Part shown: piece by piece, positions 29,045 to 37,194 of the stretch
Numbering within the stretch: position 1 is the stretch's first letter
Layout: the number at the start of each line of letters is the position of its first letter
Origin: Promethearchaeota archaeon
Lineage (GTDB): Archaea > Asgardarchaeota > Lokiarchaeia > Sigyniarchaeales > SOKP01
Direction: 5' to 3'
Length of the DNA: 64,000 nt
Assembly (NCBI GenBank): GCA_030599585.1
Contig: JAUVNS010000004.1
Location: 224,001-288,000, forward strand
Position numbers and translations under genes: made by a program
Notes under the pieces: model-generated
Databases searched by the model: none
What the model was told of the DNA's origin: nothing
The model's input: only the letters and a program-made list of their open reading frames with translations

Positions 29045-30529
29045 TCAGGAGATAAGATTCTTAATTGTTTTTTTCCTAAGAATGGTAGCTTTTCTTATCA
29101 TTTCTAGTCTTTTCAAAAACAAATTGTGTAATTTTTCTTTATTATTTATTAATTTTTGAATGTTAAGTCTGACTTCTTTCTCAGCTGGAGAACCTTGACT
29201 AATTCTTCTTTCTAAACAAAGATCTAATTTTCTTAAGGTTTGAATTATGTTATCTGATATTTTTATTTCCTCATTTATTACATCTAAGATACATTTCTCA
29301 ATTTTTTCTTTATTTAACATATCTTCTGGTTTTTCTGAATTTTTTACTAAAAGTGCGACAATTTTATGTGATTGTCTAAAAGGGATGTTATAATTTTGAA
29401 CTAATAATTCTGCTAAATCTAATGCCAAAATGAAACTCTCATTAACAGCCTTTCTCAAATTTTCTTTATTAATTGATATAGTTGAAAATATTCCCGTAAA
29501 CATTTCAATTATCGAAAGAAGTAACTCGAATGAACTTTCTAATAATGGTTTCAAATCTTGAAAATCTCTAAAATATCCTGTTGGAATTGATTTAACGACC
29601 ATTACGGCATTAAATAGGTTTGATGTAATTTTAGAACTCTTACTCCTAATTAATTCCAGTGTATCGGGATTTTTCTTTTGAGGCATAACACTTGAAACTG
29701 AACAATACGCATTATCTAACTCAATAAAGTTAAATTCGCTTGTAGACCAAATAATCAGATCTTCTGCTATTCTTGAAAAATGAATTGCTAATGAGGAAAG
29801 TCCCATTAAAGTTTCGTATATATAATCTCGCGAGCTAACAGCATCAATAGAATTATAAACAATTCCATTAAAACCTAATAGTTCTGCGGTTCGAAGCCTA
29901 TCGATGCTAATACTTGTTCCTCCAATAGCACATGCTCCAAGAGGGTTCTTATTAACTCTTTTATAAATTTCTTCTATTCTTTCAAGAGATCTTAAAATTT
30001 GTGCAAGATAATTATTGATATAATGTGAAAATACTCCTAGCTGCCCCTTTTGCAGATGAGTATATAATGGCATGTATGTATCAATGTTTTTCTTAGAAAC
30101 ATCAAGTAAAACTTCAATTAATGTGAATAATTCTTTAGTGATATTATTTAATTCCTTTCTTATTTTTAATCTTAAATCAACTGAGATTTGATCATTTCTC
30201 GATCTACCTGTGTGTATTTTTCCGCCTATTTCAATACCAATTTTATCAATAACGCTCTGTTCTATAAAAGGATGAATATCTTCAAAATCTTCGTTTAATT
30301 CAATCTGATTCGTTAATATTTTTTCTCTTATCTCTTCAAGGGAAGTTAAGATCTTTTTGATTTCAATTTTATTAAGCAAATTTTGTTCAAAAAGCATAAT
30401 ATCATGCACTTCCGTTCCTATAATATCTTCTTCAGCAATCCATAAATCCTCTTTTAAAGATGAAATAAACTTCAAGGCTTTTTTATCAAGCGGAATATCT
30501 AATCTTGTTCTAAATAAATTTTTAGGCAT
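29045..30529 (-). CDS. argH: argininosuccinate lyase
   Basis: EDIH, HTGRSRNDQ, YTHLQ, SSVMPQKKNPD, PFRQSH. Confidence 0.95.
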   Translation of the reverse strand: MPKNLFRTRLDIPLDKKALKFISSLKEDLWIAEEDIIGTEVHDIMLFEQNLLNKIEIKKILTSLEEIREKILTNQIELNEDFEDIHPFIEQSVIDKIGIEIGGKIHTGRSRNDQISVDLRLKIRKELNNITKELFTLIEVLLDVSKKNIDTYMPLYTHLQKGQLGVFSHYINNYLAQILRSLERIEEIYKRVNKNPLGACAIGGTSISIDRLRTAELLGFNGIVYNSIDAVSSRDYIYETLMGLSSLAIHFSRIAEDLIIWSTSEFNFIELDNAYCSVSSVMPQKKNPDTLELIRSKSSKITSNLFNAVMVVKSIPTGYFRDFQDLKPLLESSFELLLSIIEMFTGIFSTISINKENLRKAVNESFILALDLAELLVQNYNIPFRQSHKIVALLVKNSEKPEDMLNKEKIEKCILDVINEEIKISDNIIQTLRKLDLCLERRISQGSPAEKEVRLNIQKLINNKEKLHNLFLKRLEMIRKATILRKKTIKNLIS

Positions 30530-30598
30530 GATTAATCTGAAAAATTGTGATATAAATTATAAATATATTTATTTTCCACTTTTTAATATTTTTAATAT

Positions 30599-31603
30599 TT
30601 AACCTCGGTAATATTTCAATAATCCTTCTAGGATTTTAGGAGCATCATCTATAATACAATAATCAGCAGTTTTAAAAATAGGGGCGTTTGGATCTTTATT
30701 GATTGCAACTATCGTTTTTGATTTTGTTATTCCAACAATATGTTGAATTGCTCCAGAAATTCCAAATGAGAGATATAAATCAGGAAAAATAGTTTCACCA
30801 CTTATGCCAATTTGCAGGTGTTCTGGCATCCACCCATCCATTATTGGACGTCTGGTTCCACCTACTTGTCCGTTTATGTTTTTTGCCAATATGAAAATTT
30901 TGTCAAAGTTTTCCTTTGACATTAAACCATGTCCTCCACCTATTACAAATTTCGCATCTGATAGAGTAGCGGAAGGCTTATCTTTACGGGTTGGGTTTCC
31001 AATTATTTTAATTCTGAGTTTAATTGGATCAAAATTATATTGAACTTTTTCTCTTTCTAAATCCAATTTTTTCAGTCTATTCTTTTGAAATGTGCCCATA
31101 GTAACAGTACACATCTGGGGTCTTGTTTCTGGGCAAATAATTTTCACTATTATATCCCCTAAATATGCTGGTTTATCACTTATTAAAAGATTATTCTCTT
31201 CTTTCTTTAACTCTAAATTTAGAATATCACTTACCAAACCAGTACGACAACGGTATGCTAAACGTGCAGCTAGTGCATTACCTGCCTCTGTTGATGGAAA
31301 TAAAAAGATTGAAGGTTTATACTTTTTAATAAGGTCAAAGATAAGATCTGTAAAAATTCTCTCTTGATAATGTTTTAGATCACTATGACTTATATAAATG
31401 GTTTTATCAACACCATGTTCCTCAATTGTAGGTATGTATTGTTCTGCATCAAGGGCAAGTAAAATTCCTACTAATCTTTGTCCTAACTTATCAGCAATTT
31501 CTCTTGCTTTTCCTAATATCTCCAAAGCACAATCATGGACTTGGACATGATCTTTGATTTCTGTAAAAACCCATACATCCTTATAGGTATTTAATTTACT
31601 CAA
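30599..31603 (-). CDS. etfA: electron transfer flavoprotein alpha subunit
   Basis: RPQMCTV, GGGHG, GGTR, QIGISG, GISGAIQH.VG, AINKDPNAPIF. Confidence 0.92.
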   Translation of the reverse strand: MSKLNTYKDVWVFTEIKDHVQVHDCALEILGKAREIADKLGQRLVGILLALDAEQYIPTIEEHGVDKTIYISHSDLKHYQERIFTDLIFDLIKKYKPSIFLFPSTEAGNALAARLAYRCRTGLVSDILNLELKKEENNLLISDKPAYLGDIIVKIICPETRPQMCTVTMGTFQKNRLKKLDLEREKVQYNFDPIKLRIKIIGNPTRKDKPSATLSDAKFVIGGGHGLMSKENFDKIFILAKNINGQVGGTRRPIMDGWMPEHLQIGISGETIFPDLYLSFGISGAIQHIVGITKSKTIVAINKDPNAPIFKTADYCIIDDAPKILEGLLKYYRG

Positions 31604-31617
31604 ATTTACCCCTTCTT

Positions 31618-32427
31618 TTATTTTTGACCGGAATAAACATTATTAATTCCATTTTCTTTCATAATCTGAATTAAACTCTTTATCTTTTCATTTACAGAGC
31701 CTTCTAAGATATTATTTTTTCTTTTTATCTCTACTTTCTCAATTTTAACCATTTTTGTAGGAGATTTAGTGTATCCATCAATATATTTTGGAAAATTGAA
31801 TGTTTTATAATCAAAGATTTGAATTTTCCTTTCAAAGGCTTTTTTGATTCCTGATAATGATACAAACCTAGGATTATTAAAATTAGTTACAGTTCTTAAT
31901 AAAATAGGTAACTCTACTTCAATATTTTGCGATTCATGCCCAAAATTGCGATGACATTTAATAATATGATTCTCAATTTCCAAAGTAAAAATATCTGTAA
32001 GTAATGGGATTTCAAGTGCTTCTGATAACTGAAAAGGAACTTGACCAGTGCTAGAATCAGATGTTTGACTGCCACATATAATAATATCATAATCTTTTAT
32101 TATTTCAAAGGCTTCTTTCAAGATCAATGTTGTCTGAAAGGTATCTGAATATGAGAATTTCGGATCGCTTATTAAAATCGCATGATCAGCACCCATTGCT
32201 AGACCCTCTCTTAAAGCAAATTCAGCTTGAGGAGGGCCCATAGTCATTATGGAAACAATTGCATTATACTTTTCTTTTAAATTAAGCCCTAGTTCAATTG
32301 AGTATAGATCATTTGGATTAATTATATTCTCAATACCATCTCTTAATATTGTGCCTGTAGATTTATCTATTTCTAAATTGTCATTACTCGGTACTTGTTT
32401 TATTAATACAACTATCTTTAGCGCCAT
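31618..32427 (-). CDS. etfB: electron transfer flavoprotein beta subunit
   Basis: KQVP, INPND, TMGPPQA, AMGAD, GSQTSDSSTGQV, SPT. Confidence 0.92.
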   Translation of the reverse strand: MALKIVVLIKQVPSNDNLEIDKSTGTILRDGIENIINPNDLYSIELGLNLKEKYNAIVSIMTMGPPQAEFALREGLAMGADHAILISDPKFSYSDTFQTTLILKEAFEIIKDYDIIICGSQTSDSSTGQVPFQLSEALEIPLLTDIFTLEIENHIIKCHRNFGHESQNIEVELPILLRTVTNFNNPRFVSLSGIKKAFERKIQIFDYKTFNFPKYIDGYTKSPTKMVKIEKVEIKRKNNILEGSVNEKIKSLIQIMKENGINNVYSGQK

Positions 32428-32428
32428 T

Positions 32429-33577
32429 CTAAATATTTCCTCTTAAAATTTGATTAGCTATAATTAATTTCATAATTTCTGAAGTGCCTTCATAAATTTC
32501 ACATGCTTTAGCATCTCTATAGTAACGCTCAATTGGTAAGTCCTTCATATAACCATACCCTCCATGAATCTGAAGCGCTTCTTGAGTAACTTGACGAGCA
32601 ACTTTACTTGCAAAAAGTTTACACATAGCTGCCTCTTTAGAAAAACTCTTGTTTTGCTCACTCATATATCCCGCTCTATATACTAATAATCTCGCAGCAT
32701 CTATCTTAGTAGCCATTTCAGCTAATTTAAATGAAACCCCTTGAAATTGAGATATCGGCTTATTAAATTGAATTCTGCCCTTTGAATATTTTACACTATG
32801 TTCATAAGCCGCTTGAGCGATACCCAATGCTTGGGCTGCGATACCAATTCTCCCAAAATCTAACATTTGCATCGCATATTTAAAACCATTTTGTAGTTTT
32901 CCTAATACATTCTCCTTTGGAACACGCACATTATTGAAATACAAGCTCGTCGTCGGATTTCCTCTCATTCCCATTTTATTTTCTTTTGGACCAATTTCAC
33001 ATCCTACCATATCTTTTTCAACGATAACTAGGGTGAAACCCTTTTGTCTATCAATAGTTTGGTATCGAGTTCCTACTAAAAATACGGATGCAATAGCGCC
33101 ATTTGTAACAAAAATTTTGGATCCATTCAAAACAAAGTCTTTTCCGTCTTCTTCCGCCATACACTCAATACTTCTGGCATCTGAACCTGCATTCGGTTCA
33201 GTCCAGCTAAATCCTGCAATTTTTTTTCCAGATGCTAAATCATTTAGAAATCTCTCCTTTTGTTCCTCATTACCCCACTTATATAAGGGTAATGCTCCAA
33301 CAGCATTATGAACAGACACAGTAAGACCAGTAGAAGCACATATTCTTGAAATTTCTTCTATGCTGATTAAATAGCTTATAAAATCTAATTCAGCACCTCC
33401 ATATCTTTCGGGGATTGTTATTCCCCATAAATTCATCATTGAAATCTCTTTTATAATTTCGGGATAAAATTCCTCTTCTCTATCCATAATAGGTGCAAGA
33501 GGAGCTAAAACTTTTTCAGCAAAACTCCTAACGCTACGCCTTACTAATTTATGCTTTTCTTCAAGTTCAAAATTCAT
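32429..33577 (-). CDS. short-chain (butyryl-CoA-type) acyl-CoA dehydrogenase
   Basis: TEPNAGSDA, LNGSKIFVTNG, GRIGIAAQALG, QIHGGYGY, YRDAKACEIYEGTSEI. Confidence 0.92.
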   Translation of the reverse strand: MNFELEEKHKLVRRSVRSFAEKVLAPLAPIMDREEEFYPEIIKEISMMNLWGITIPERYGGAELDFISYLISIEEISRICASTGLTVSVHNAVGALPLYKWGNEEQKERFLNDLASGKKIAGFSWTEPNAGSDARSIECMAEEDGKDFVLNGSKIFVTNGAIASVFLVGTRYQTIDRQKGFTLVIVEKDMVGCEIGPKENKMGMRGNPTTSLYFNNVRVPKENVLGKLQNGFKYAMQMLDFGRIGIAAQALGIAQAAYEHSVKYSKGRIQFNKPISQFQGVSFKLAEMATKIDAARLLVYRAGYMSEQNKSFSKEAAMCKLFASKVARQVTQEALQIHGGYGYMKDLPIERYYRDAKACEIYEGTSEIMKLIIANQILRGNI

Positions 33578-33667
33578 CTTAATCCTACATTTTTTAATTA
33601 ATTTTTAACTATTATCTTAGTCCTATTCTAATCTCTATATTTTATATGTATTAATCTCATCAGGGAA

Positions 33668-35278
33668 TCACCATGTAGTTTCTCTTTTCAATAGTTTAAA
33701 AATATAAGAATCAACAAGTGCGTTCCACGATGCTACAATGATATTCTCATGTGTTCCAACTGTGCCCCATAATTTTCCGTTATCATTCGTTTCAACTAAT
33801 ACTCTCACTTTTGAGGCACTTCCTGCTTTATTAATTATTCTAACTTTAAAATCAGAAAGATTTATTTCTTTTATACTTGGATAAAAGTGAACTAATGCCT
33901 TTTTAAGAGCATTGTCTAGCGCATTTACTGGACCATTTCCGTCAGCAGCAGTATGATATTCTTGACCTTTAACTTTTACTTTAATAGTTGCTTCAGATAT
34001 TAAATTTGTTTTATACATTTCAGTAAGTACTCGAAATCCTTCTAACTCAAAAAATTTCTTCCTATAATAATCCGGATCTTGAATATTCATATCCATACTT
34101 CTCATAATAATTTCTAAGGAACCTTCTGCACCCTCATAAACATATCCTTCTTTCTCTTTTTGTTTGATTACTTCTAAAATTTCAGCAACTTTTGGATTCT
34201 CCTCCGTTAAATGCATACCAAATTTCTTAGACATGTGCAATATTGAACTTTTACCCGCTAATTCTGAAATCTTTATATTTCGAGAGTTTCCTACCAATTC
34301 GGGATTTATTTGTTCGTATGTTTTTAAGTTTTTACGCATAGCTGAGATATGAACACCTCCTTTATGCGAAAAAGCGTTTTTTCCTACAAAAGGTTGATTG
34401 CTATTTCCCGACAGATTGGCCATTTCGTAAATGAAGTGCGAAACTTCAGTGATATTTTCTAAATCTTCGCTAGATATGCAATCAATCCCCATTTTTAATT
34501 TCAGAATTGGCAAAATTGTTGTTAAATCAGTATTACCACATCTTTCACCAAAACCATTTATCGTACCTTGAATCATTTTAGCACCATGGTGAAAAGCCTC
34601 TAAAGCAATAGCGTTCGCAACACCAGAATCATTATGAGCATGAATTCCTAAATGAGCATCCGTTCCTAAAAAATCTTTTACTTTATCAAATATTAGACCT
34701 AATTCGGTTGGTAAAAGACCACCGTTAGTATCACATAGAACTATCCATGATGCACCTGCATTAAGAGCACAAGAAATTGTCTGTAAAGCATATTGTTCAT
34801 TATTTTTAAACCCATCGAAGAAGTGCTCAGCATCATATACGACCTCAATTCCATTTTTCTTTAAAAAGATAATTGTATCTTCAATCATGTTAAGATTTTC
34901 TTTTAAACTAGTCTCTAAGGCGACCTTAACATGCAAATCCCAGCTCTTCCCAAAAATTGTGGCATGTTTTGTGCCAACGGTCAATAAAGATTTCAAGTTT
35001 TTGTCATCTTCAGCCTTAATATCCTTATGTCTGGTGCTCCCAAAAGAAAAAATCTTCGTCCCATTTGAATTAATATCCATGGTTTTAATCTTATTATAAA
35101 GCATAATGTCTTTTGGATTGGAACCGGGCCACCCAACTTCAATCATAGGAACATGAAGATCGTTAATTAACCGTTCGATAATTCGAATTTTATCCTCGAC
35201 TGAAAAGCTAATTCCTATTTTTTGACTTCCCTCACGAAGGGTTGCATCATATATGTAAACACCATTATTTTTGATCAA
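33668..35278 (-). CDS. cimA: citramalate synthase (bacterial LeuA/CimA-type, with regulatory domain)
   Basis: DATLREGSQ, GWPGSNPKD, FGKSWDLHV, YDAEHFFDG, HAHND, GERCGN, GNGPVNALD. Likely start is TTG 35278, 8 nt after GGTGA; the track gives 35317. Confidence 0.85.
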   Translation of the reverse strand: MIKNNGVYIYDATLREGSQKIGISFSVEDKIRIIERLINDLHVPMIEVGWPGSNPKDIMLYNKIKTMDINSNGTKIFSFGSTRHKDIKAEDDKNLKSLLTVGTKHATIFGKSWDLHVKVALETSLKENLNMIEDTIIFLKKNGIEVVYDAEHFFDGFKNNEQYALQTISCALNAGASWIVLCDTNGGLLPTELGLIFDKVKDFLGTDAHLGIHAHNDSGVANAIALEAFHHGAKMIQGTINGFGERCGNTDLTTILPILKLKMGIDCISSEDLENITEVSHFIYEMANLSGNSNQPFVGKNAFSHKGGVHISAMRKNLKTYEQINPELVGNSRNIKISELAGKSSILHMSKKFGMHLTEENPKVAEILEVIKQKEKEGYVYEGAEGSLEIIMRSMDMNIQDPDYYRKKFFELEGFRVLTEMYKTNLISEATIKVKVKGQEYHTAADGNGPVNALDNALKKALVHFYPSIKEINLSDFKVRIINKAGSASKVRVLVETNDNGKLWGTVGTHENIIVASWNALVDSYIFKLLKRETTW

Positions 35279-35302
35279 TACTTTTTTCACCAATGAATGA
35301 AA

Positions 35303-35370
35303 CATTAAGAAATTCAAACCCAGAAAAGATAAGAAAAGGATGGTAAAAAAGAGTTTAAAATTTCTTAATG
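35303..35370 (-). promoter_or_regulatory. long stem-loop between leader stop codon and cimA RBS, enclosing a U/C-rich tract
   Basis: Perfect 12-bp inverted repeat CATTAAGAAATT (35303-35314 / 35359-35370), extendable by AAAC/GTTT; loop contains TCTTTTTTACCATCCTTTTCTTATCTTTTCT. Confidence 0.6.
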
Positions 35371-35373
35371 AAA

Positions 35374-35481
35374 TTAAATAATCCCAATAATAATTAATAA
35401 AATACTAATACCTACTAGCGGAATTAATCTTAATCTCATAATTAGAATAAAAAAAACCCGATGCTTTAAAACCTTTATCAT
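35374..35481 (-). CDS. putative Ile/Leu leader peptide MIKVLKHRVFFILIMRLRLIPLVGISILLIIIGII
   Basis: Last 21 codons contain 8 Ile (all ATT), 5 Leu and 1 Val; upstream of cimA; ATG 35481 lies about 24 nt after TTTATATA (alternative ATGs at 35490 and 35439). Confidence 0.55.
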   Translation of the reverse strand: MIKVLKHRVFFILIMRLRLIPLVGISILLIIIGII

Positions 35482-35504
35482 TGGGAGCATAAAATTAAAT
35501 TTTC

Positions 35505-35512
35505 TATATAAA
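35505..35512 (-). promoter_or_regulatory. TATA box for the leader / cimA
   Basis: TTTATATA on the minus strand, spacing compatible with a leaderless start at 35481. Confidence 0.5.
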
Positions 35513-35701
35513 TCTGAGTCGTATGAGGGTAAAGGATCAGCGACTAATATTCCCATGTTGTCAACTTGCCTTTTATTATTTTAAATTGTCTGATTTATTC
35601 ATCTATCAATCGATAATTTTATTAATCCCCTATAGAAATATTTCATAATCAAAAATTAAACAAAAAATCAATACAAAATTTTTAAAAATAATTAAGACGA
35701 G

Positions 35702-36508
35702 GTGTATCGTCATATGAAAAGAGAATTTGCTATCTTAGGATTAGTAATAGCTTTAGGAGTGGGAATATTAGGCGGTTGGTTTATTCCATCGCCTATTACA
35801 ACTCCAGAAGCCCCTTCCCTACTTTCTGTGATTAAAACAAGAGGTACTATAAAAGTTGGCACAAGTGCGGATTATCCTCCATTTGAAAATTATAACGTAA
35901 CTTTAGACCTGATTGAGGGATTTGATATAGATGTTACGGAAATGATAGGTGACGCTATTAATGTCACAGTTGAATGGAGTGACATCCCTTTTGATAACCT
36001 TATTGGTGCTTGTTTATCAGGTGAAATTGACATGATTGCAGCAGCAATGAATTATAACGAGGAACGTGCTCTACAACTTGCCCCATCTTCAACATATTTC
36101 GCTGTTAGCCAAGCTGTAATAGTAAAACAAAGCTCTTTGCTCACTATTACAAGTTTAGATAATCTTACAAACTATCAAGTTGGTGTACAATCTGGTACCG
36201 TAATGCAGGACGATTTAGAGGCTATAGGGATGACAGTAGGTATCAATCTTACAACCTTTTCTAGAGCTGATTTGCTTATGGCAGATCTAGATATTGGAGG
36301 TATCGATGCCGCCTATGTTGATGAACCAATTTTTGCCGCTTTTAATCGAACCTATGATTTTAAAATCATTCTTAGTACTCCTTCTGAACCTTTAGCTTTC
36401 TGGACAAGATATGGAGAACCCGAACTTTTATACGAAATAAACAATGTCATCCTTGATGGGTATGAATCGGGTTGGATCTATGGTACGATAACAACGTGGT
36501 TTGGATGA
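35702..36508 (+). CDS. polar amino-acid ABC transporter substrate-binding protein
   Basis: N-terminal TM anchor; VGTSADYPPFE, GFDID, VGVQSGT. Confidence 0.9.
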   Translation: MYRHMKREFAILGLVIALGVGILGGWFIPSPITTPEAPSLLSVIKTRGTIKVGTSADYPPFENYNVTLDLIEGFDIDVTEMIGDAINVTVEWSDIPFDNLIGACLSGEIDMIAAAMNYNEERALQLAPSSTYFAVSQAVIVKQSSLLTITSLDNLTNYQVGVQSGTVMQDDLEAIGMTVGINLTTFSRADLLMADLDIGGIDAAYVDEPIFAAFNRTYDFKIILSTPSEPLAFWTRYGEPELLYEINNVILDGYESGWIYGTITTWFG

Positions 36509-37194
36509 GCGAAACTCCAGACCTTTCAACTATTTTTTTTTATATTATTACTAGGGGATTACCCAATACACTAGTTCTAACTATATTCGGCTTAATTTTA
36601 GGTTTTTTGCTAGGTTTAGCTCTGTCATTAATGAGTGTTTATGGATCTATAGAGCTAAGATGGTTAGCGAGTGGTTATGAGAAGTTATTGAGAGGAATCC
36701 CAATCTTGATTCTGATTTATATATTTCGTTGGGGGATGCCAGGGCTATTTTGGTATTTTGAAAGTTCCCTGGATCGGGGTTTAGCAAGCGTGGTGTTAGC
36801 CCTTGCTCTCCGTAGTGGAGCCTACCAATCACAAATATTCCGCGGAGCAATTTTATCTGTTAATCCTGGACAAATGGATGCTGGTTTTGCTTTAGGAATG
36901 ACGCGATTCCAAGCCTTTCGCCATATAGTAATGCCTCAAGCATTACGATTAGCCGTGCCTGGATGGTCGAATGAATATGCAGTAGTTATAAAAGACTCGT
37001 CTTTCGCATTAGATGTTGGAATTTTCGAAATGACAAAGGCAGCAAACCAATTAACAGTAAATTATCCACAACTACTAACGATGACTATGGTTGTTGCTGC
37101 AATTATTTATTTTTTGTTTACATTTCCTATAACAAAATTTATTGGTGATCGTCAAACCAAAAAATTAAAGGATTTAGGAATGGGAGGAAATTAA
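36505..37194 (+). CDS. polar amino-acid ABC transporter permease
   Basis: LRGIPIL, GAYQSQIFRGAI, GQMDAGFALGM, PQALR, KDSS; ATGA overlap with the binding-protein gene. Confidence 0.9.
   Translation: MSETPDLSTIFFYIITRGLPNTLVLTIFGLILGFLLGLALSLMSVYGSIELRWLASGYEKLLRGIPILILIYIFRWGMPGLFWYFESSLDRGLASVVLALALRSGAYQSQIFRGAILSVNPGQMDAGFALGMTRFQAFRHIVMPQALRLAVPGWSNEYAVVIKDSSFALDVGIFEMTKAANQLTVNYPQLLTMTMVVAAIIYFLFTFPITKFIGDRQTKKLKDLGMGGN

Noticed and set aside
28962-29159. 65-aa plus-strand ORF
   Set aside because: Antisense to the argH 3' end and the arg promoter region; composition typical of a shadow ORF.
35491-35556. N-terminal extension of the 60-aa ORF (start 35556) in the track
   Set aside because: It spans the putative TATA box, so the leader probably starts at 35490, 35481 or 35439.
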